NCBI GenBank assembly: GCA_973851085.1
Contig: OZ316776.1
Coordinates: forward strand, 3,100,001-3,164,000
Source: Ptychomitrium polyphyllum
Taxonomy: Eukaryota
Length of the DNA stretch: 64,000 nucleotides
Direction of reading: 5' to 3'
The notes below the pieces were generated by a model. The model made no database searches, was not told the DNA's origin, and saw nothing but the letters and a program-made list of their open reading frames with translations. The stretch's first letter is position 1; every line of letters starts with the position of its first letter. A program made the translations under genes and the position numbers. Shown piece by piece: positions 12,441 through 22,700 of this stretch.

Positions 12441-14605
12441 AATGGAAAAGGTTGTATACCTTGCAACAATATGAATGGTGATGCATGGCTGGTGATGCAG
12501 GACCCTCCTACGGCCCATCTTCAACTCGTGCACTACACTGCCCCTGGCGGCGAGCCCTGGAAATCCACCGCATTGCCATCCCGCACTAACAAACCTGTTC
12601 TAGTACTTTAGACATCAAAGCTCCACAACAAATCTGTGCTAGTACTTCTACATTGAAGCGGCACTCCGGATACAAGTGCCGGAGGTGAAACCGATGTCAG
12701 TGGGATGGCAAGAAGGCTATGGGGCCCAAATTTCGCCATGGTTCACCCACTCAGAGATGTTCATTTTGAAAATGTAGCATATCTCGGAGGTCCCCGATCC
12801 CTTAAGGCATGTTGGGCCATAAAAGACATGCTACATTTCCAAGATGTCCAACATGTAGGAAATCCGGAGCTGTCGCAACAGCGACAACCAGCTTTCTAAT
12901 AAGCCACCTAGACACCGACTTACCTGTAACATTCTTAATTGTGGAACTTCGGCAGCGATCGTCACCTCCCTCGTCTGCCCTTTCGTGATGGCGCTAGCAG
13001 GGGAAGAAAAGCTTTGGCAATGTGGGTCCAGCCCATGTAGGTCTAATTCTCGATGACTAGTTTCTCATGCACTAATTGTTAGGGTGAATGTATTTTGAGT
13101 TTTTCTTATTCAGTATTGGCTCATTCCTTTATTTAGTTGAGCACATTGCATCCTTTTAGTTGATCTTGCGGACTGTCATCACAAGAACTTTTCAGCTTCG
13201 AAATGAGCTCCACTTGAATTATTTCTGAAACCGATAGCTACTATGGGTGCTGTTTCTGACAGTGGCCATTGAGAATGACGCTTATTGGATCGATGGTTGT
13301 AGTGTTTGATGATTGCTGGTAAATGGTTAGCATTACTACAGGTTTTCATTTGCCACGTCTACAAAGTTTTGTGAATCTTTCTCCTGTGTAGCATGCAAGT
13401 TGCAAACTCTCAGCCTCCAGCCTCCTGTTGAATCAAACTTGCCAAAGTAAAAACAAGCTTTGTTTCCTGAGAAAAAAGCTGTGACCTGTGTGACAATTCG
13501 CTCGTCAGCAATAGCAGTCAAACAGCAGACATAGATGCTCGAAAATGAGATTAGTCTGTGGTTAGAAAATATGTACGTATTCTTCCCATTAATTCTTCTA
13601 TTGTGCACTGTATAACTCCACGAATTATTTACATTGTTTCTACAAAACTTCCAATCACACCATGTGGAGAATGATGTTATTGGGAGACAAAGCTAAGCTG
13701 GAAGACCACATTCCAAACCACGAAACTCAACCGCTTACGGTTCCTCGCATACCAAAATCTGCACAGCTTGATTTCTAACATGTGATTTACAGAATCTTAC
13801 GACATTTCTCGTACATTTCAAACTTAATAAACAAAGTAACAATAATAGCTGCGTTAAGTGGTTCTTTCTGGATTCCAAAACTGTTGATGCGGGTTCACTA
13901 TATAACATGTCTCTACATCCCAGCTGCTACAATGTAACATGCGGTTATGTTTGAGTGTGTTTAGCCTTGGATGGCTTCGGATGGCTATTAGGGATAACAC
14001 GCCCTACTTCATTTCCACTTCATTTACTTGATCTAGTACTTTCAGAAAAAACTGGATCCACCTTAATGCCGCTGTTCACTTTCACCTGTAGAAATCACAG
14101 GAGTGTCAGCATGTGTATAAAATCATGTGACACATTTTTTACCAACCTTATAGGATGGATTCTTTTTGACACGGAAAATTGAACAACCATTATTATATGA
14201 TGGATTCTTGAACTTACCCAAGTTGAGCTGACAACAGAACCTGAAAATCAAGGAACATAGCAATTGTAAGAATACCTTCCAATGATACTTGATTTTCCAG
14301 ATAATGGCATTACCAGCAATGGTGAGAATGGCGCACTTCATCATTTCATGCTTAAAGTTGCATCATCCTAGCAGAGCTTCTTCACATGATTGGAGAAGAT
14401 CCTCCCATGGAAATTACTCAGAATCTAAAATGATCAACCAGAAGGGAGTGAATCCTTATGGACAGGCCAGAATGAAATTGAACAGTATGGATCCCTAAAC
14501 AACCCCTACTCCAAATGATAAAAGAAAGAAAAATGGTGAACCAGGAAAGAAAAGCGAAATGAATCTAGACAACCACAAGAAAATGCTAACGGTATGTAAC
14601 AAAAG

Positions 14606-14696
14606 TGTTACAAAGACGACACACCACAAGACGTGTTACAACACGTGCATTCAGACATGTTACAAAGACGACACACCACAAAGACGACACACCACA
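14606..14696. repeat. Three copies of a 16-bp unit (aagacgacacaccaca)
   Basis: Copies at 14613-14628, 14665-14680 and 14681-14696. Confidence 0.85.
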
Positions 14697-15152
14697 GACT
14701 TGAAGACTCTTATGAAGGCTTTACCTATCGACACTGGTGTCCGTGATATGGATTGCATTTGGGATTGTGACCTTGATATCAATCTTGGACGACAAGTCTA
14801 CTACCACATACAGCAGAGATCATACAGCGATATCGGCAAATATCGAATCTGTTGATCTCCACCTGAGATTGAATCCGCTAAAATCAATTCCTATCACCTC
14901 GAACCTTGGATCTATGGGCTCTCCTTTTCCACAAACCCTGCCCTCCAACAACCTTCAAGTCTGCCAATCTGCATCAGGATTCACAATTGAACCCAATTCT
15001 TAGATTCTAATATCATTGTTCCAGACTTCCCCAATTCCTGCTTCCTAAATTTTTTGATTCAGTAGGATGTGTCATGCGATCATAAGGAAATCATGAAGGA
15101 GTCTAGCCAAATTTCCAGGTTTTCATGTTGCATACCTCCGCCCTCAACGGAA

Positions 15153-16784
15153 TTATGCTGTTTTCAATGCAACTAGTGGACATGGAGAATTCAATGCCGT
15201 TACAAGGCAATTGTCATCTTTTTCCATCAACTTATAATTAACCCAATGTGTCATTTCGTGGTTGAGGTATAGCGTCTTCTCATACAATTGTTTGTATAAC
15301 AATTTCCTGAAATCATATGCACCTTGTGCTTTTGATTTCAAACTTGGTATAATTTTTGAGAATCCTTTTGAACTTGTACTAGTGTTAACTTCAGTTCTCA
15401 AGATCTCTCTAAAATAGCGTAATGCTCGGATCTGATACTTCGCGAGCTTCTCATTACTTATTGGCTCCAAAGATCCAGAAAATTGCAGCCTTTGTCCTTG
15501 AAACAGAGGATATTGCCTGATTTTATTCCGATAATCTCGCTCGGTCCAAATAAGAGCCTCGTCCATTATAGTGCATGGAGCTAGGAATTTAAATCCCATA
15601 ATACCTTCCGGTATGTTTGTTACTTCTTGAACATTAAATCCACCTGTAGTGAAAACGGAACTGTATTCAGAAAGTGCTGTTTTAGTATTTACATCTCCTT
15701 CGCTTTTTGAACGTTTTCCATTACCACCAAAACCAATTGATACACCACCAGGAATACCAACACCGAGAGACATTTTTCCATCATGTTCTTTTCCTTTCCT
15801 CTTTTCCTTAGCAAATTCTTCTCCATATGATACCTTTGCTTGTCCACAACCATGGATTTTAACGTCCTTATTAATAACAGCACTGGCTGGCTTGCCCGTT
15901 TCAGCAAGAATACAAAAATAGACATGAAGCTCGTCATGAAAAGTACCAAAGCGATCATCTTCAAGGACGACTTGGTCATCAAGGTCATTCCTAATGCCAA
16001 AATAGATATCTGCCATTGTAAGTGATATCTTTTTACCCTCTTCATTTCTGATAAAATCAAATTCCAAGTCCCATTTAATGTCCATACCCTTCGATCTATC
16101 AGCGACTTGAAGTCCCGAGTATTCAGGACCAGTATTGCAATTCGTGAAAGAATACCCTCCTGCCAAAAGGCTCACTTTCACCTTTGCGTGTGACCCATTA
16201 ACATCATCAATTTTATCCTGATCCCTTAGACCGTCACCTCGACTTTCATCGTCATCATCTTTATCCCCACCACGTCTAATGAAATTCATTGAAAACCATG
16301 ACCGAAAAGCATAAAAGAACAATGCTTTACTAGATTCTAAACCGTTTGAATTTCCACTTCCATTTCCTTGTCCATGTCCATTCTTGCTTGATTGCCCACC
16401 ATCTTCAGCATCGGTATTTGAAAGAGTCGCAAGAACCCTTTGCAATGTAAAATATTTTGCAACATCCCAAAGAAGTGGTCTAACCAGTACAGTGTCAACC
16501 ATTACATGCTCCTTCTGAGTCACGACTCCTGTAGACTTGATATCTTCTTGCATTGGTACTGTAACCTTCATGGTTTTATACTTAGTGTTTTCCATTGATT
16601 TTGAATCAAGCCATGCACTCTCCCATTCCGACTTTGCAATTTCTTGTACTGAAATTTCCACTCCATTTCGAAGGATAATTTTTGCATAATCAACAAGTCC
16701 CACGCCAACAACTTTCGCCATATTTTGTCCGTCAAGACAATGAAATATCAGTGTGTCGTCCTTGTCATCGTGATTGCAAATCAT
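15153..16784 (-). CDS. 543-aa uncharacterised ORF with a Gly/Asn/Asp-rich linker and a beta-hairpin-like segment; probably the terminal exon of the fusion gene
   Basis: Long uninterrupted ORF. Its ATG overlaps the stop of the upstream exon frame (ATGA, 16784-16781), and the frame stays open 7 codons upstream (FWESQVL). Confidence 0.75.
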   Translation of the reverse strand: MICNHDDKDDTLIFHCLDGQNMAKVVGVGLVDYAKIILRNGVEISVQEIAKSEWESAWLDSKSMENTKYKTMKVTVPMQEDIKSTGVVTQKEHVMVDTVLVRPLLWDVAKYFTLQRVLATLSNTDAEDGGQSSKNGHGQGNGSGNSNGLESSKALFFYAFRSWFSMNFIRRGGDKDDDDESRGDGLRDQDKIDDVNGSHAKVKVSLLAGGYSFTNCNTGPEYSGLQVADRSKGMDIKWDLEFDFIRNEEGKKISLTMADIYFGIRNDLDDQVVLEDDRFGTFHDELHVYFCILAETGKPASAVINKDVKIHGCGQAKVSYGEEFAKEKRKGKEHDGKMSLGVGIPGGVSIGFGGNGKRSKSEGDVNTKTALSEYSSVFTTGGFNVQEVTNIPEGIMGFKFLAPCTIMDEALIWTERDYRNKIRQYPLFQGQRLQFSGSLEPISNEKLAKYQIRALRYFREILRTEVNTSTSSKGFSKIIPSLKSKAQGAYDFRKLLYKQLYEKTLYLNHEMTHWVNYKLMEKDDNCLVTALNSPCPLVALKTA

Positions 16785-19700
16785 AAGAACTTGAGATTCC
16801 CAGAATCAAGATCCAAGACATCAACTTGTTGCACTTCTGCAACATTGTCAATTTCATTGATTTTTTGTTTCAGCACACTAAAAAGCTCTTGATTTTCCTC
16901 AGATATATGAGCTGGATCGTTAGGGAAGGAGTTGTCTAGTCCTTCCACAATAATGAATGATTCGTCTTCATTGCTCAATTGATTGTCCTTAAAACTTTTC
17001 GACTTATCAACACATTGGTAGGAATTAGTGTTTGATAAACCTAGAGAAGGAGAAGTCAAAAGTCATTTAATGGTACATTCTTCATCAATGATATAGGCTC
17101 GACAACTATATATACATGCACATCACTAATAACTAAAATATTATAATAACAATTTTTAAGATTCTTATAATTAGAATTCTTACGCTATATAATTATATAC
17201 CAATAGTAAAACCAGAAGTGAAATGCATTTTACTTACTATAACACAATTAATACGTCAAATATCACCAAAAAAACTATTATCATCTATTTATATTATATT
17301 ACTTTATATTTTAGAAAACTAAATTATCAAAATTATGATAATTCATCACTAGCAATGAATTTATCAATTGATAGAAGATGGAACATTATCTAGCAATGAA
17401 ACATTGAACCTTGTGCAACATACGCTCTAAGATCAAAGGACGAACCTTGAATTTGGAGCGTCGCTGATACAAAATCAAAGAACTCCTTATAAGATCGATG
17501 GTCTTTGTTAGTGGGTTTGCAAACCTCACTATGATCTGAATCATTAAGCACATACTCCATAAATTCCACTGGTGCTACCACAACCATTTCCTGCAGCCAC
17601 GACTTTTAGAAATCAATGATATGTAATTTCACCAAGAAGATACCAACTTCATAATCTCGTTTGGTAGGTTGGTGTCTAAAGCACATTGTATCACGCTCTA
17701 ATATTTGAACTACATGTCAGCAAAATTGATAATGTATGTTGCATTTAGCAGACCAAATCTGAAGAAAATTGAAATAGGACTCCTCTTAGGACAACATCTG
17801 AATCTTAAACTAAAAAATATTACCTCTCCTGACTTTTTTCCTTCCAACAACACTCGTATTGGAATTCGCCTTGTCGTGATAATCAACATAAAATCTTCAA
17901 GAAGCTTGCGAAGCTTGGGAGAAGACTCTGCAAAATCCCAAAAGAGATTTCTAGAAAAGTTCAAGCCTCCAAAAACAACCCTCAAAACTGATTCGCTTGG
18001 TACAAATCCTTGAAGGGGTGGAGCATAAAAAAAACACCCGATTAAATTTTTTATGAAAGTCCTTGAGGTATTCGCTTGCATCTTCACAAGATCATTAGCA
18101 TTACTGTCAATGAGTTGGGTCATGTGATGCAGCCTTATAACCAAGTTCTGAATGACAACACACCCTATACTGTGCCCCACCAGCACAATAGGATTTTCCC
18201 ATTCTCGATTTTGGTTCCAGCAATCACTGCAAGGACAAGTAGAAGTAGTTGTTATGTAAATCCAACTTCAATTTCTAACACCACTGACTTGCATGTGTGA
18301 TGAACGCCTGTAAAAATTCCAACCAACGGCACCTATCCGTTAACTTCATTGCATGAACACTCATATATTTGTACCTGTAAATCAATCTTTCTTGCAAATC
18401 AGTCACAATCCCTTCTAGCCCCGAATAATCTGATATGCTATATTTCAGCAATAGAACACGAATATCGTCGCCAAGGTCTTCAGGAAGCCAATCTTGGGGC
18501 CAACATACACCATCGTTACCACGTTGCACCCACGTATCTTTGGCGGACACAAGCTTCCGTTCACCGACATTTCCTTCAAAGAAAATAATACTGAGCTTTG
18601 TGCTCTCACCAGCATTAGAACTTTGAAGCGGCCAAACTTGAGTCACGAGGATCTCCTGTTAAAACCCCATCCAAAGGCCACAACAACATGTTCAATAATA
18701 TGCAGACGAAAAAACGCTTCATCCTACATAAAGACTCTGGCAAGTACTTACATTGTAATAAAGACAAACCAAATCAGTATTAGAAAATGGACTACATTAA
18801 TTATCAAAGAAAATTGCCCAAACTATGCCAATATTTTACAGGCCTGTAGACATTAAAACAAGAAAGAAAGACAAGAATGAAAACCTCTTCCTTTAATGCT
18901 ATATAAAAAAGTTCTTGTAAACCTTAAAACTCGCATATATGTGAAAGGAACACCATGAAAGAACACAATGAACTTTGGAAACTCTACGAAACATGTAAAT
19001 AATAAACTCATTCCTACATTCCTAAATTCCGAGCAACTCCAGAACAAGTAGAAATTCTGGAAAAGGATGAAACTCATCTATTTGAAGCCACAATGACTTT
19101 GCAATTTACCTCAGTCTTCGGCGATGAAGTGAGCCATGCATTCACCACCCCAGCTTCTGATAATTTCAAATTAGAGGTCGAAACCCTGCTAGACGTCCGA
19201 AGATCTGATTGAAAACCTCCCCTACGGCCCTCCAAAGACTCAAACTCGTCCACAGTGACAAAGTCCGACAAGGATCGCTCCTCACCACTAGATGCCAACT
19301 GCCGCTGGTTTTCAGACATGTACTCAAGCTTGTTATTAGACGTGTCCTGGACGGCCTGAACAACGTATACCCTCACGTCACAAACAACTCAACCCCAAAA
19401 TCCATTCCACGACATAGAGCAAACCACTACACAGGTGGCGAAAACAAGAAAGCATTAGTACCCCACGAAATCCTCAAAAATTTACGCAGTTCAATTTGTA
19501 AAAGAAACTGAGCCACTTTTTAACAAGCCACAGACCAAATTTTCAAGTCATAAACCAAGCAGAGTCAGTCCAGTACCTTTGAGTTCTCCAAAATATCACC
19601 AACAAATTTCAGCATTTCCTTGTAGGCTTTGTGCTGTTTGTCTATGGGTTTACAAACATCAGAATGATTCGAGTCCCTAAGCTCTTCAAATGTACCTGCA

Positions 19701-22700
19701 AAATTCTGCATCGAGGCTGGTGGCACAACAGTCCTCTGCAATAGAACTCGAATGTTAGCAAATGTCATTGAGTATCAGAATCAATCTAGCCATTATAAGG
19801 TATTGGACAGCAACGTCATCCTCAGCGCATGCACTGTACCTCAAAGCCCATAAATCTCACCAGAGAATTAATTACGGCCCTACATATAAACGTGCACCGA
19901 ACTAGAGTCCTGGATTGATATCCAGTCAATATATCACCAGAAACACTTTGAATGGCATGTATGCCAACCAACATAGCCACCGCTCCAATCCCTACACCGC
20001 ACTTCCCACAACAGTCATAAACACTATGTAGTATGCATCATTGAGTGGTTTTATCAGCGAAAAGAAGATAGCTCACCACACTTGTGTTAAATCCCTCTAT
20101 GAGAGCTGCCAGCTTCATGTGTTTCCTTTTCGCTCGCATGAAATCCTCCGAAAGCAATTTCGGTTTTGGAGAATTCAAACACAGATCTGAAAACAGCTTC
20201 CTTGAATAACTCAGGCCTCCGAACACATGTTTCAGAAGATCCTCACTTGGCACTAACCCTGTCCACGGTGGAGCATAGAAGAAGCATCCTGCCAAACTTG
20301 TCAAGAATAACTGCGCCACATTAGCTCGGCCTTCCTCAACTTCATCCTCCAGAAGTTCAATCGACCTTGCTCTTTTGTCAAGAGCAACCACCAAATGCTC
20401 AATCACGACGCACCCTAAGCTATGTCCCACAAGCACAATTGGACGTTGCCAGGTGTGCCCTCGGTTCCAACGGTCGCTGCAACATACAAAAAAATGTCAA
20501 ATGACTACACATCTATCCAGCTGAAGCATCAAAGTCGGATCTCACACTTGAAAAGAACCCTGAGGCTCATGCAAGCCTGATTGTAACTCATTATCTTACT
20601 GGAACCTCTAATACTACACATCGTTATTATTTGTATGCACGGTCTTGACAGATAGCGTCTCTAAGCTCAAGTATCCGTACCTGAACACCAAGAGCCTTTG
20701 CAACTCGTCAAGAACCCCTTCTACACCATCATCTGAGATGCTGTATTCAAGTAGCAACACTCGGATATCACCTCCTAGATCCTGTGGCAACCAGTCCCGA
20801 GGCCACCATACATTGGGCTTGCCCCGCTGTACCCACGTGTCCTTGCAAGACATATATTTCCTCCTTCCCACATTCCCTTCGAAGAAAATCACATCCAGCT
20901 TCGAATTAGAGGTGTCCAAGTTAGGGGGACCCATCTGGTTCACAAGGTAACCCTGCTCGAGCACAATGAAGAAGGGGGCAACACGAACTTCAGAACTGGA
21001 TTAAATGACTCTCAAATAGATGGTATTGTAACAGCTAAACACAAAATGAAGCGAAGTGAATCTGCAAGAGATCAAAGATAATGCTGGTTGTCACATCATG
21101 TTCTATGTGAGAAGCATGGAGTCAGAAGCAGTGACGATTTAATTGTTCCAGCGTCTCATTTTGGGCATAAAATTCAGGAAGTACGGGAAGGAGAGGGAAG
21201 AGGAGCGGAATTCTTGTGCTATATTCAGAAGGCGTCTCGAATGTAGGTGCTTACCAGAGGTTTGTACTCGGGCTGAGAACGTGAGACCGACCCTGCATAA
21301 GCATTGCACAATATTACCAAAAAATCAGATGGTTTTCGCATTTGATGATAGAAGTAACATTGACAGCCGAAGCCGTCATGGAGCAGAACACGAATCTCTG
21401 CATCCGAACAGCTAGAAAATTATTTTTAAGGCAAGTAGTCACTAAGTTTATCATTTGTACTCTCCCTTCATACACATCTGCTCACTTCTTGTCATGTTAT
21501 AGCTTGAAGCCCTAGGAAGTGAAAATAAAAACTGATCCACTGATGATTCCAAATGCTGTCACGGACCTTCAGTTGACCTGGAAAAATGCCGCATGAAGCT
21601 AGGGCCTCGGTGGAAACTGAGATCCTGCCCTGCACGCAAAAGTTGTAAAAATGAAGTTTAATAAAACCGAGAACACGACTCAAAGAACAGATAGCTGGAA
21701 TATCTAGTAAACGACATCGCCTATCATTGAAAATCTCGTCGTTAGAGCATCGTACTCCTACTTCTAAGCAGTTTCCAAACTCCCAAATTCAAAATCGTCT
21801 ATTCGCGCTATGAATGTGACAGAGCAGATTCTCCTGGATATGAAATAAGGCACATGTCCGAGTAAATCGAATTCCCTTGCATTTAATAATCCAATAAGTT
21901 GAAGAGTGAGGAGCAGGTCTGTATCATAACTAAATGCTTACAACAATGCTTACTATTGCTCAACTTCCCCAAACAAGCTCTGCTTAGAGGAGCTCGTGCA
22001 CCAAGATGAGTATAGCGAAAAAAATCAGATGGAGGCAATTTGAATCAAAATTATAATTCCCTTAGACCGAGAAACATGAGAAATATACATAAACAGAATA
22101 CTCACTCTTCAAAAGGTTGTATGAGATCCACCGAGTCATAATCCGCCATATTGACGTTGACTTCAGCTCTTCTTGCAGGGAAACAGATCGAACAGATTGC
22201 AGAGGTACAGCAGGTGCTTTCTTCAATGGGTGTAAACTTTTTATACCATTTCTAATCCTGTAAAAGGAGAGGTCGTTGTCCTTCGGAATAAGACCTAGGC
22301 TCTGGACTTGAGCAAGTCTTACCAACCTCAGCAAATCTGAGAAGTTTGGTCGGTCCTCAGGAAGTAGGTGCAAGCAGCTAGTAATGATGAACTTCAGGTA
22401 GTCTGGACAATTATCTGGTAATGAAGGCCTAAATCCATCCAATATTTTCCTGTGAAGATTTGCAGGCTTTAGAGTGCCATTGTCTAAGTCAGGAAATGGT
22501 GGCTTTCCGCTAAGAACCTCACAGGACAGGATACCGAAACTCCACACATCCGCTTTCCGAGGGAACCTCTTTTCGCTTATTATGTCCTTGGTGAAGACCT
22601 CCGGCGCACCGTAAACTCTAGTGCCCACGATAGGCTGGGTGCTATAAGCTGAGCTCAACGCTTTCGTTTTCGCAAGTCCAAAATCTGCCAATTTCACACG

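Noticed and set aside
15153..17059. Bacterial-style operon or contaminant, suggested by the ATGA overlap and intronless ORF
   Set aside because: The upstream frame starts at a normal spliceosomal acceptor in phase with the hydrolase exon, and a 1-nt frameshift explains the overlap more simply. Ancient horizontal origin of the domain is not excluded.
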